DNA of 64,000 nt from the IMG/VR virus record IMGVR_UViG_3300012200_000001, positions 13,863 through 77,862 of that record. One strand, given 5' to 3'. The notes beneath the pieces are model-generated. The model did no database searches, had not been told where the DNA came from, and saw only the letters and a list, made by a program, of their open reading frames with translations. The translations under genes and the position numbers were made by a program. This DNA comes from a virus (taxonomy: Duplodnaviria; Caudoviricetes). Positions 53,275 through 62,621 of this stretch are shown piece by piece (position 1 is the first letter of the stretch; each line of letters opens with the position of its first letter).

Positions 53275-53667
53275 TTAACGCTTCATCCGCTTCAAACGCC
53301 GGATACGCTGAAGCCGACCATGTGATATTTTCCGCGCCGTCTTCAGTTGACGTGACAGCTCAGCGATCTTTTCCTCTTTTTCTTTACGCTCATTCTGTTG
53401 CCAACCTCCCCAAACAAAATTGGTGAGAGACATGAGTGCGGCATCTATCGGTCGATAATGACTACAGGTGTGGTTGGTCCATACATCAACGTGAACCGGA
53501 TTTAGGGCGCAAAGACCCTCCTGGTTTTTGCCGCTAGCCTCGCACATCGTCTTGCGGACATCGTAGATGTCATAGTGGTCGCCTTCATAGCGCGGCTTCC
53601 AACCGTCTGGCGGGACCGGCTTGAAATAGTCGCACAGCAGGCAGGCACCTTTAGTCATCAGCGCCAT
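53275..53667 (-). CDS. Cys-cluster + coiled-coil hypothetical protein
   Basis: C..C..F...C......GLCAL.P...C pattern. Confidence 0.6.
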   Translation of the reverse strand: MALMTKGACLLCDYFKPVPPDGWKPRYEGDHYDIYDVRKTMCEASGKNQEGLCALNPVHVDVWTNHTCSHYRPIDAALMSLTNFVWGGWQQNERKEKEEKIAELSRQLKTARKISHGRLQRIRRLKRMKR

Positions 53668-53692
53668 TGGGGTATTAGGGTAACTTTGTCCG

Positions 53693-54013
53693 TTACCGAT
53701 TCCGGCCCTTGTTTTCTCTATGTTTTTTGACGCGCTCGGCGGTCTTGGAGCGTGCTTCTGTGAGGCTTTTGCCGCGCCCGATTTGGATCAACTCATTGGC
53801 GCGGCTACGGGAAATGCCGCATTCGGTTTTCACGAGTTCCTCCCATCCGGCGCGCCGATAGGCTAGACGCTCGAGGTGCTGTCCGGCGGCCCGCCAGAAG
53901 GCCTGCTCCGACCGGCCGGTGCCGCGCCGCCCGCGGGCGATGGCCACCATGGTCCTAATGCCTTGCACGTCATGGGCGTCCTGGTCGGGGCGGTCGTTGA
54001 GCCACCGCATCAA
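53693..54013 (-). CDS. Hypothetical protein, possible HTH DNA-binding
   Basis: W.E.VK.ECGISRSRANELIQI. Confidence 0.55.
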   Translation of the reverse strand: MMRWLNDRPDQDAHDVQGIRTMVAIARGRRGTGRSEQAFWRAAGQHLERLAYRRAGWEELVKTECGISRSRANELIQIGRGKSLTEARSKTAERVKKHRENKGRNR

Positions 54014-54020
54014 AAACCCC

Positions 54021-55118
54021 TTACTTCCGCTTCTTGGCCGTCCGCAGCTCCGCGATCCGGCTCAGGACCATACCTTCCAGGCGCTTACGCACGGAGAGCT
54101 GGACCTTGAGGTCCGCCCGCATCTCTTTTTCGCCATCCCAGCGGGCCTCGAGATCGTCAGGGTTGTTGACCTTTTCGATCCACCTAGCGGCGTAGGCCAT
54201 GTACTGATCGGCCGTTTCTGGGGGCTTGGGAGGCTCAGGAGCGGCTTGTTTGGGCTCGGGGATTGGCTGGGCCTGGGGTGTCTCTTCCGCCGCGTCCTGG
54301 GGCTTCTCTGCGGCCTTGCGGGTCTTCTTGGTGGCCTTGGCTTCCTGGGCTTGTTCCGCCTCCTTGGCGAGACCGGCATCGACCACGTCGGTCTGGAAGC
54401 CCGCACCCTCCATCTTCCCCGGCAAGCGCTGCATTAGATTGGGTGAGGGCGGGATGACATTGGTTTCGTCCTGGGTCGTTTCCGAAAATTCCTCACGGTC
54501 GTATACGCCACCGAGGAGTTCCGGGGCATGGCGGCGGCCGAAATTCCGAACGGCATAATAGCCAAGCTGCTGGTCAGCATCTTTCGTCCACAGCGGTGAA
54601 CCTTTCACCACGCCGTCTTGGTTCTTGGGAGGGCGGCACACTCGGATCGGCGGCGTCGTATATTCCACCGCCGTTGCCTCGCCCTTGAACGTCGCGGTGA
54701 CCGTGCAAACGCGTTCCTCGCCCTCTCCTGAGTAGCTGTACCGGGGCCGTTCCTTTAGGAGTCCGGAGCTGAGAAGGATCGCGGCATGGACGGCCGCATC
54801 GTAGGCGATCAACGATTCCGCTTTGGCAATATATGAATGTTGAGAAACCCAGTAAGGCTCCAGTCTCCATCGTAACGATTGCGTCACAATCGCCAAACAG
54901 TCACCGGGATTGCCTTTGAGATACGCAGGAACGGAATGCTTTGCCTGCGCCATCACCTTGGCGAACTCGACGCATTCTCGATACTCCGCGAACGTGAGGC
55001 CAGCCCATCGGTCGACGACCATGTCACCGACGCGCTTGCGCTCCAATGGGGCGTCAACGCGCGTGAGCTGCTGAGCCAGTGATGGCTCAATGACATCCTG
55101 TTCGGTGCTATTAGTCAT
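54021..55118 (-). CDS. recT: RecT-family single-strand annealing protein
   Basis: VP.YLKGNPGDCLAIV.Q..RW.LEPY.V.QHSY, SPLW..D.DQQL.YYA.R..GRRHAPELLGGVY. Near a RecE-like gene. Confidence 0.8.
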   Translation of the reverse strand: MTNSTEQDVIEPSLAQQLTRVDAPLERKRVGDMVVDRWAGLTFAEYRECVEFAKVMAQAKHSVPAYLKGNPGDCLAIVTQSLRWRLEPYWVSQHSYIAKAESLIAYDAAVHAAILLSSGLLKERPRYSYSGEGEERVCTVTATFKGEATAVEYTTPPIRVCRPPKNQDGVVKGSPLWTKDADQQLGYYAVRNFGRRHAPELLGGVYDREEFSETTQDETNVIPPSPNLMQRLPGKMEGAGFQTDVVDAGLAKEAEQAQEAKATKKTRKAAEKPQDAAEETPQAQPIPEPKQAAPEPPKPPETADQYMAYAARWIEKVNNPDDLEARWDGEKEMRADLKVQLSVRKRLEGMVLSRIAELRTAKKRK

Positions 55119-55134
55119 GTTGTTCTCCGTTGGA

Positions 55135-55359
55135 TTAGTGGGCGTGGTAAAGTGCGTCCTCCCAGAATCTCGGGTCTTGGTCGAGTTTCAGAAGGTCGAC
55201 CCAGTAGGGAAGGTCGCGGCCTAACGACAACTCGATCTCACCAGGATAACGTGGGGGGAAGACAATCGCCTTCACCGGCATGATCAGCTCGGCATGCACG
55301 ATGGCGGGTGCCGCAATTAACGACACAGCACCAAACAGGAATCGGCGACGGTCAATCAT
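55135..55359 (-). CDS. Small protein with twin-arginine (Tat)-like signal
   Basis: MIDRRRFLFGAVSLIAAPAIVHA. Confidence 0.65.
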   Translation of the reverse strand: MIDRRRFLFGAVSLIAAPAIVHAELIMPVKAIVFPPRYPGEIELSLGRDLPYWVDLLKLDQDPRFWEDALYHAH

Positions 55360-56957
55360 TTTTGTCTATCCTCTTTCATTTCCTTTAGGGCTCGCCTTAG
55401 CGGAACTCCGCCCTCGACGTGGCGAGCAAGTGCGGTGGCAATCTCCTTACTGTCGATGAATTTGTCGCCCTTTGTCGTCCAGTAGCTGTCGCTCACACCC
55501 GGCATGTTTATTTCGGGAATGAAATAGTGGTCGCGGCCAGGGATGGTCACATGTACACGGTATCCAGCCCAATCGAACTCGCGTGCCCCACGGAAATGGC
55601 CTTTGACAACCGAGCCATCATGGCGCTCGTGGGGACGCACGTAGTGCAGAATGCGTTCACGCGCCCCATCGTGGACCACGACATCACGGTCGCGAAAGAA
55701 GTAGGCCGTGCGACGCGGGCTTATTCCGAATACGGCGGTTAGATCGCCCTTGTGCACGGACACTCTCGCCATCGACCAGTTGCTCCGCTCGTATTGGCGC
55801 ACCAGATTACAGAACATGTGCACAAGGTGGATTTGCGCCGTCAGTCCGTGCTGATGAGCCCATATCTCGTAATCGTCAGGGATGCGCCATGCCCGCTGCG
55901 GGATGTCGAACATGTGGCCCCGCAAAGGATTGCCGTTCTTATCGTGGCCTGTCTTGTGGCGCGCCGGGAGCAGCTTCGTTTCAAGCATGCGCAACAGTTG
56001 TATTGATTCCCCATCATCGCTGATGAAGATGCCGAAGTCCGAGGGACGACCCCACTTCATTTGCTTCTTATCTTCCGGACGATCCCACCACACCGTCATC
56101 TTGTAGATGTCGCCGCCGCGTTTCGGCTGTAGCTCGGGCGGCGGCCGTTCGTACTTGATGAAATACATGAACTTCGGCGTCCACCACGTGCCGCGGTCCG
56201 GCGATTCGCGTTCATGCTGCTCGTGCAGTGGATCGGTGCCCGTCGCAATACAGCCAAAGGCCGGACGATGTTGTTTGAACCAAGCCGGGATTTCGATTTC
56301 AGCTTTGTACGTCCGGAGTTCTTCCGCAGACATCTTGCCGTCGTGATAGTCATGCAAGGTAGAGTTGATTCCTGTCGCGCTATAGGGGACCAGCGTTGCG
56401 CCAATCTGTTTGTAAAATTCATAGGCGCTTGCGTCATGTTTCTTCATGCGCTCTAGGTAGACCCAATAACGGTCCAACTGTTCGAGGATGGAATCACGGA
56501 AATTGAACTCGCCGCGAAACTCGCTTTCCTTGAACAATACGTCGCCCTGACCGTCGCCAACTACCAGCTCGTCAGCGATTAGATATTCGTTTGTCTTGTA
56601 GTCCGGCTCCTCCTCTTCTTCCGCCTCTTTCGGACTTGGTTGCGGCGGCGGCTTCGCTGGCGTTTCGCGTTCCGGCCGCTTGATCTGGTCGAGTAGTTCG
56701 AGATTCTTCGGTGTGACAAGTTTGTCGCGCCTGACACGGGCGCGCTCCAGCTTACGCAAATCCCGCCGCATCGAGCGGCGCTCGTGGCGGTTCATGCCCC
56801 TTTGTGTTTGCGGTGCCGGTGCCTCAACCGCGGGTCCGCTCGTTATTGTTTGCGGTGGGAGATTAACCGGCGGCTCCGCTTGCGCATTTGCATGTGCTCC
56901 ATCCGGCCTGAACCAAGCCACCACCTGTTTCCACCACCTTGTGAACCGTGCCAGCAT
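55356..56957 (-). CDS. Hypothetical protein with C-terminal RPHxR...GHxRG motif
   Basis: 533 aa; VRPHERHDGSVVKGHFRG. Confidence 0.75.
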   Translation of the reverse strand: MLARFTRWWKQVVAWFRPDGAHANAQAEPPVNLPPQTITSGPAVEAPAPQTQRGMNRHERRSMRRDLRKLERARVRRDKLVTPKNLELLDQIKRPERETPAKPPPQPSPKEAEEEEEPDYKTNEYLIADELVVGDGQGDVLFKESEFRGEFNFRDSILEQLDRYWVYLERMKKHDASAYEFYKQIGATLVPYSATGINSTLHDYHDGKMSAEELRTYKAEIEIPAWFKQHRPAFGCIATGTDPLHEQHERESPDRGTWWTPKFMYFIKYERPPPELQPKRGGDIYKMTVWWDRPEDKKQMKWGRPSDFGIFISDDGESIQLLRMLETKLLPARHKTGHDKNGNPLRGHMFDIPQRAWRIPDDYEIWAHQHGLTAQIHLVHMFCNLVRQYERSNWSMARVSVHKGDLTAVFGISPRRTAYFFRDRDVVVHDGARERILHYVRPHERHDGSVVKGHFRGAREFDWAGYRVHVTIPGRDHYFIPEINMPGVSDSYWTTKGDKFIDSKEIATALARHVEGGVPLRRALKEMKEDRQK

Positions 56958-57658
56958 TAGTGAATGATCCTGTATGCTGTGCGGGTTGACAGGAAATCAT
57001 CGTCGGCGTTCACAAACACAGGATCAATCCAGATTCGTTTCACCAATAGATTGCCTACGCCGTAATGCTGGTTTCTGATATGTCCCCGCCTTAGATGCGG
57101 CCGCACAGGCCGTCCTGGTCGAGCCTCTTGGTCTGTTCCTCTCTCAAGCGAAGGGAATAGCTTGATCGTAGTGATGTACTCGTGCGCGTTAGAACCTATG
57201 CCGAGCCTTTGCCGCTTGTTCTGTCGCGTGACCTTCTCAATGCCTTTGCTTGCCAGTATTGCGACCAGTCCATCTCGCCACCATGAGCGCTTGTGAGCCG
57301 ATCCGGTTGTTTCCCTCATTCTGTGTCGGAACAAAAGCCTATGTTTATCTCGCTCTGGCGGCATTCGTTCAAACGGCACAGGTGAGGATTCCAGTTTAAG
57401 ATTAAATTCCGGCTGCGGTTCTCCTAGGCGGCCCACAATCACGCAATCCCACACAAATCCTTCCTCATCGGACCTATGCACGTCATGCGCTTCCGTAAAA
57501 AACATGGGACTTCTGATAATCCTGACGTTGATGCTTCCATTGTAGGGAAGCGAATATAGGCCAATCTCTCTAAGACCAGCCACGGTCGCGCCAACTTCTT
57601 CCTCAGACAAAGCGGTCCACACGCCTTGATCTATGCAGAATAAATGTGCGCGGGTCAT
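56957..57658 (-). CDS. Hypothetical protein with C-terminal RPHLRRGHIR motif
   Basis: RPVRPHLRRGHIRNQHYG...RIWIDPVFV. Confidence 0.75.
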   Translation of the reverse strand: MTRAHLFCIDQGVWTALSEEEVGATVAGLREIGLYSLPYNGSINVRIIRSPMFFTEAHDVHRSDEEGFVWDCVIVGRLGEPQPEFNLKLESSPVPFERMPPERDKHRLLFRHRMRETTGSAHKRSWWRDGLVAILASKGIEKVTRQNKRQRLGIGSNAHEYITTIKLFPSLERGTDQEARPGRPVRPHLRRGHIRNQHYGVGNLLVKRIWIDPVFVNADDDFLSTRTAYRIIH

Positions 57659-58632
57659 GACTTTCGGTCCAGCGTGATCGTTTCATCGATCCGCTTCTGA
57701 TCGAACTCGGATAGCTCGATGTACTGCGCGTCTTCACGGTTGCCGCGCGGTCCCGGCCAGCGTTTTTCCCGCATGCATTTATCGAACAGAGCAATCGCGT
57801 TCTCGCAGGCCTCAATGCCGCGTTGAATATCATTCTCCTTGAGCGTGACGATCTCAATGCAATGTGGCTCAGTGTTCTCGCAAAAGACCAGCGTGTAGGA
57901 ATTGAGCGGTTGGCCGAGGATCGCACGCACGCCCATCGCTGTGAGTCCGGCTTGCATGTAATAACCATAGTCGCGGATCGCGCGTTGCATGTCAGGCCAC
58001 ATAATCGACTTGGAGAGTTTCAAATCGACAAAGTCGAGCGAGTCCTTCGGCGTGGCGTCCGGACGAATCTTGAGCCAAATTCCGGTACGGTGTTTCCAGA
58101 ACCAGCTATGCTCGATCAATCCATTGAGCAATCCGGCCAGGATCAATGGATCCTTTTCTAATTCGCGGGCGATTCCCCTGATCGCCTTCATGTTGTCGGC
58201 GGTGACGACAGTCAACCCGAGATCGGCTTGCTTCTTGAGCCACAGCTTGCAGATGGTTTTGTTCGACTGCCAGGCTTCGCCATTGATCGTGGCGGGACGC
58301 ATGACAAACAACTCGCGGAAGTCGGCTTCACCAAACAGTAAGTGATGTGCCGCGCGACCTAAGACGAAGGCTTTCTTCTCGTCTTCATCGTCGTCAACGG
58401 TACGTTCCTGATTGTACGGGCTCCGACACCAGTAGTGTGCGGGGCTCGCCTTCACCCAGGGCAATGGGCTGTACAGGATACGTAGGCTGGAGGAGCTTAT
58501 ACTCGGCTCGATGCAGATATCGCCGTGGTAGTCCTCGAGCGAGATGTTGGAGTACACTCCCGGAAAGCGAATCCGCTTTCCGTCCCACGGCCTCGGTTTC
58601 AATGCCGCGATTGTTTTGCTGAGAGCAACCAT
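57655..58632 (-). CDS. RecE/exonuclease VIII-like PD-(D/E)XK nuclease
   Basis: YH.....ISSS.L, FVLGRAAH.LL, EHSWFW...LKIRPD...VDLK, Y.Y.MQA..... Start reassigned to ATG 58632 on the basis of a GGAGG RBS. Confidence 0.85.
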   Translation of the reverse strand: MVALSKTIAALKPRPWDGKRIRFPGVYSNISLEDYHGDICIEPSISSSSLRILYSPLPWVKASPAHYWCRSPYNQERTVDDDEDEKKAFVLGRAAHHLLFGEADFRELFVMRPATINGEAWQSNKTICKLWLKKQADLGLTVVTADNMKAIRGIARELEKDPLILAGLLNGLIEHSWFWKHRTGIWLKIRPDATPKDSLDFVDLKLSKSIMWPDMQRAIRDYGYYMQAGLTAMGVRAILGQPLNSYTLVFCENTEPHCIEIVTLKENDIQRGIEACENAIALFDKCMREKRWPGPRGNREDAQYIELSEFDQKRIDETITLDRKS

Positions 58633-58691
58633 TTGGCGGCCTCCGCTTTCCGCAGTCGTCATTGGCGACTCGTTAATCCGCCGGGGAATCA

Positions 58692-58720
58692 TTTATAATA
58701 GCAAAAATTATTTGCGGCAA
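58692..58720 (-). promoter_or_regulatory. Leftward sigma70-like early promoter
   Basis: TTGCCG-N17-TATAAA. The spacer contains AAATAATTTTTGC, shared with the promoter at 62531-62559. Confidence 0.55.
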
Positions 58721-58810
58721 CTAATTGAGGAGGATTTTTCCGTTTTCTTTCGTAAAAACACACAAGATGTGGTACGATTCTCGCTCCTCTAGCACCAGGA
58801 GCGAATCCCT

Positions 58811-59314
58811 ATGGCGAAAGCGAAAAAAAGAAGTTCTTCCAAGAAATCAAAGGGAAAGGTGATCGGCTTTCCTAGCAAGCGTAAACAGCGGGACGTCGAG
58901 GGTGATCATATCCGCTCGCTTGCCCCAGCGTCAGCCGTCCGATCCTTCATAAATGAAGTGATATCCACAAAAAATGCTACCAGCGAGGCGGGCCAGGGAC
59001 TGAGCACGGCAACCAAGCGTGCCACCGAACAAGGCGTCAATGTCCCGGCTGCGCGTATCGCAGCTCGCATCCTCAGCAAGGCCAAGCAGGACGGACTCAA
59101 GGCGCGGGTACTGTGGGAGGATGCACGGTATTACCTCGAGGACTGTACCGAATTCAATCGCATCGCTCCGGCTGGCATGTTCACGCCGGAGGAAAGTGGA
59201 CAGAAGCGCTCGCGCAAGAAAAAGCCGGAGCAGCAGGAGCTGCCGGTCGATGCGCCAGCCGATCCGATACAAGCCCAGGCTGAGGCCGAGCCAGAGCCAA
59301 TGGTGACGCACTGA
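58811..59314 (+). CDS. GapR/DsbA-like dsDNA-binding protein (tentative)
   Basis: Basic N-tail and helical core VRSFI.E......A.....S...K.A...G.N..A.R.A.R...Y, then an acidic tail. Confidence 0.5.
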   Translation: MAKAKKRSSSKKSKGKVIGFPSKRKQRDVEGDHIRSLAPASAVRSFINEVISTKNATSEAGQGLSTATKRATEQGVNVPAARIAARILSKAKQDGLKARVLWEDARYYLEDCTEFNRIAPAGMFTPEESGQKRSRKKKPEQQELPVDAPADPIQAQAEAEPEPMVTH

Positions 59315-59883
59315 TGGAAGCCAAGCCGGTCATCGCATCCTTCGACATTGCGACTTCGACCGGCATTTGTTGGGGGCGCATCGGGCAAAAGGTGCCCGAT
59401 CTAATCACTTGGAATATGCGCGAGGCGGGGCCGTGGCGTCCCGCCCGCCTGCTCCTGTTCTGGCAGAAGCTCGAGGACTTCTTCATCGAACAAGCCGAAA
59501 TCGCTCGCATCGATCAGGTTTGGTACGAAGCGCCGATGGCCATCGCGGTGGCCAACAAGATCGGTGCGAACGAGGAAACCATCGCGCTGTTACGTGGTAT
59601 GATCGGTGTGCTCGAACTCTGTGCTATGCGTGCGGGCATTACCGATATCAAATCCTTTTCCGTACAGGACGCGCGGCATCATCTGACCGGCCAGCGTCGA
59701 CACGGCAGAACCAAATCAGGAAAGAGCGAAGGCAAAGCCGAAGTCATGCGCGTTGCGCACATGCTCGGTGTTGAGGTTGCAAACGATAACGAGGGCGATG
59801 CCTTTGCCGGATGGAGCTACGCCTGTGGGCTCGCCAATCCCAGGCTCGCCCATCTCGTTACGCCACTGTTCGCGGGCACCTAA
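59314..59883 (+). CDS. RuvC-like Holliday junction resolvase
   Basis: IASFDIATSTG, VWYEAP, K.EV, NDNEGDA acidic catalytic pattern. Confidence 0.8.
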   Translation: MEAKPVIASFDIATSTGICWGRIGQKVPDLITWNMREAGPWRPARLLLFWQKLEDFFIEQAEIARIDQVWYEAPMAIAVANKIGANEETIALLRGMIGVLELCAMRAGITDIKSFSVQDARHHLTGQRRHGRTKSGKSEGKAEVMRVAHMLGVEVANDNEGDAFAGWSYACGLANPRLAHLVTPLFAGT

Positions 59884-60203
59884 AGCGGCTCGTCTTCGTA
59901 AACTATCTCATGCAATTTGAAGATTCCCTTTTCCGTACAGCATTCAGTGAACCAGCGGGAGGTCAAATATTCACTATCATCCGGGTCGATGATTTGGTTA
60001 AGCGCCTGGATCAAACCTTCGCCCTCGCTAAAATTGATCATCTCGCCATTGGGCCACTCGCCAGCCTTCAGTTGTTTGAAATGACGATAGATAAGCCAAT
60101 TGCGCAGGCCAGATAGTTCGGCTGCCTGACTGATGGTAGTCTCGACCGCTTCTTGAATGATTGAGATTTGCTCTTCTTTGGTCGCCTTCCGCTCCTGGGT
60201 CAT
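59880..60203 (-). CDS. Hypothetical protein
   Basis: Coupled to the MTase gene (overlap at 60200-60203). Confidence 0.55.
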   Translation of the reverse strand: MTQERKATKEEQISIIQEAVETTISQAAELSGLRNWLIYRHFKQLKAGEWPNGEMINFSEGEGLIQALNQIIDPDDSEYLTSRWFTECCTEKGIFKLHEIVYEDEPL

Positions 60204-61462
60204 TTGCGTTTCTCCTCGGCTTCATTACCCCATGCAGTCCATCCCGGCCGCGCCTTGCCGCGACAGTTGAGTTCGATCTTCGGCAGGTTCGGAAAGTATT
60301 CTTCGATCATCTTCATTGCACGAACTGGTTTTTCACTATGTTTGCCGCGTGCTGCAGAGATGATCGATTCCCATTGCTTGCCGGGTGCGGGAGCTGGGAT
60401 ATCGCCCTTGGTGCCGATCAGCAACAACTCGTGCCGCTCGCGATTCCAGTAGCCTGTCCCAGCTTTATTTTTCCTCCAGATATAATTGCTTTTGTAGTCG
60501 AAGTCCCATGCCGCCATAACCAACAGAGCGTGCGGAAGCATCGGTGTCGTCGCCCATAAGAACAGCACGCAATCCTTGGCCGAGATCGATGCCACGTCAC
60601 GCGCCTTGATCACTTCCAGCACCGAAGTCGGATAGTGATTGTCCGCCGCACGATCTAACCCGGTCTTGCGCGACCACGGCTCAAATCGCCATTCAGGATC
60701 AGCAACGATTACGCCATATTGTTTGGTCGGCAGCGCCACCTGTTTGGTGCTGAGTTCCTTCTCGCGCTGCTCCCGCTTGAGCTGCTTGAGTCGTAGTTTC
60801 GCGCTGACTTTCTCGCCACGTCGCGCTTGAGCGATAAGATTTTTACGCTCGTTCGGCGAAAGCTTGTTCAAGGCGTCGATCTCGGTGCCCTTGTCGAGGC
60901 AGGTGCCGACGATCTTTGAGAGCCAGCCACGCCCCTGTTTGCCGCGTTTGGCCTTTTTTGAAACGGTGCTTTTATGTCGTCCTGTCTTTTTTGCGGTATC
61001 TTTCACGAAAGATCGCCTTTTGCCTCCTTTCGCTTTCTTACCGCCACCGGATTTTCCTGGTGCGCCACCGTGTTTCGTTTCGGGATAGAGCTGCTCGTAC
61101 AAAGTTTTACGGCGGTCAAGGTGCTGCGCTTCCTCAGCCTCAGTAAGTTCAGCGCGGACCAGATTCTCGTCGATCTCGGCGAGCATTGCGTGATCGGCAT
61201 CAAATCCATCGAGCACGGAAGCCTTGATGCTTTCGCCCTTGAGTTTGCGAATAGCCATCAGGCGGTGCCAACCAGCAATCAGGATATAGCCCATGCCGCC
61301 GCGTGGCCTCGGGCGCACCACGATTGGTTGCAGCAAACCTTGTCGCTTGATTGATTCAACTAGTTCATTGACTACTTCTGAGCGCAGCCGACGCATGCGC
61401 TCAGGAAGAATGGTGATGCCGCTCGGGTTGAGCGACACCACCTTCGCAGACTTCTCAAGCAA
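60200..61462 (-). CDS. ParB N-terminal domain fused to MT-A70-family adenine methyltransferase
   Basis: SIKRQGLLQPIVV...LIAGWHRL..., then YGVIVADPEW, YPT, LFLWAT, W.F.YK..YIW.K, GTGYW.R..HELLLIGTKG, HSEKP. Confidence 0.88.
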   Translation of the reverse strand: MLEKSAKVVSLNPSGITILPERMRRLRSEVVNELVESIKRQGLLQPIVVRPRPRGGMGYILIAGWHRLMAIRKLKGESIKASVLDGFDADHAMLAEIDENLVRAELTEAEEAQHLDRRKTLYEQLYPETKHGGAPGKSGGGKKAKGGKRRSFVKDTAKKTGRHKSTVSKKAKRGKQGRGWLSKIVGTCLDKGTEIDALNKLSPNERKNLIAQARRGEKVSAKLRLKQLKREQREKELSTKQVALPTKQYGVIVADPEWRFEPWSRKTGLDRAADNHYPTSVLEVIKARDVASISAKDCVLFLWATTPMLPHALLVMAAWDFDYKSNYIWRKNKAGTGYWNRERHELLLIGTKGDIPAPAPGKQWESIISAARGKHSEKPVRAMKMIEEYFPNLPKIELNCRGKARPGWTAWGNEAEEKRK

Positions 61463-62474
61463 TGTCGGGGAACTCCTTGGCGCTGTCCCATTTCAGCATG
61501 GAAGCGGTGACCGGCGTGTTGCTGCGGTAGGCGTTCCAAGTCAAGATGATCATCGCTTGCAACTGTAGCTCATTCACGCGGCCTAACTGTTCCTTGCGCA
61601 GTTTATCCACTTGAGTCATCAGCTTGCGGATCCCACGGATCCGTTTGGCGAGGTCGGCAGCGAACGATTCCATTGTCCGTTTGCTTTTCTTTTCGAAAAG
61701 ATAAAGCAGGTAGGTCAATGATCCAGGCGGCAGCAGACGTCCGGCGCTGATGGCGCGGCGCGCCGCCAACTGAATAGCTTCGCTGTCAACATGCTCACGA
61801 TAATAATCGTGCAGCTCGGTGTTGGTGATCTGACGTCCACGGTCTTGCCCGATCATCAACCATCGCACAGCGGATGCTACGATTCTGCTGTGCGGTACGC
61901 CGACGATCTCCATCGTGTCAGCATTAGTGCGCACAGCATTGGTGTCGATCTTGGCAAAAGCCTCGGGCGCTATGCCGAAGACGGTGAGTGTTTTGAATGA
62001 CTTTCCCGAAGCCACGCTTGCGGCGAAACGGTTTTGCCCGTCAATCAGCGTGTGCTCGCTGCTGAACTTGACGGTATCGCCTGTTGCCGTCCATTCCCCC
62101 GCTGCCATGGCCGCTGAGAAGCGTTTGATATTTGCCGGGCGCTTACGCCGATTGTGATTGTTGAGATTCGTATTGATCCAATCGGACAGCTTGGGGGTGA
62201 ATGTGATCCAACGGCCATTCTCGGGTGGGTTGTTGATGAACATGCGTAGCTGCTCGATCTGCTTTTCGAGCGGAGCCTTTGGATCAACAAAGCGTGGGAT
62301 TTTCGCTGGCGGGAGTGAGGTTGGTAAAGCAGCTTTGACATCGGTGAACTTTTCTCCGCTCTTAATCTCGGCGATGCGTGCACCGTTTTCTGCAAAGTGA
62401 GCAGCAATATCGTGTTGCTTATCTCCTCGTGCGAGCATTCCTTTGATTACGGCGGCATCCTGGGCGCTCAACAT
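61455..62474 (-). CDS. HTH + ParB-like (DGQxR) domain protein
   Basis: N-terminal Q.DIAA.F....RI..IK.G HTH; NRR....I..F...M..GEW...G.T.KF.....LIDGQNR. Confidence 0.75.
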   Translation of the reverse strand: MLSAQDAAVIKGMLARGDKQHDIAAHFAENGARIAEIKSGEKFTDVKAALPTSLPPAKIPRFVDPKAPLEKQIEQLRMFINNPPENGRWITFTPKLSDWINTNLNNHNRRKRPANIKRFSAAMAAGEWTATGDTVKFSSEHTLIDGQNRFAASVASGKSFKTLTVFGIAPEAFAKIDTNAVRTNADTMEIVGVPHSRIVASAVRWLMIGQDRGRQITNTELHDYYREHVDSEAIQLAARRAISAGRLLPPGSLTYLLYLFEKKSKRTMESFAADLAKRIRGIRKLMTQVDKLRKEQLGRVNELQLQAMIILTWNAYRSNTPVTASMLKWDSAKEFPDIA

Positions 62475-62530
62475 GGCGCGATCTCCGTCTTGGCGCTATC
62501 GTCTGTGCCTCGACAGCATAGGCGACCGCG

Positions 62531-62559
62531 ATTATAGGCAAAAATTATTTATGCTGGAA
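62531..62559 (-). promoter_or_regulatory. Leftward sigma70-like early promoter
   Basis: TTCCAG-N17-TATAAT. The spacer contains AAATAATTTTTGC. Confidence 0.6.
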
Positions 62560-62621
62560 GGATAAAATGGATGGGTTACCGAAGATCGAACTCAATCGCC
62601 TGGGTCAGGGTTCGAATCCGC

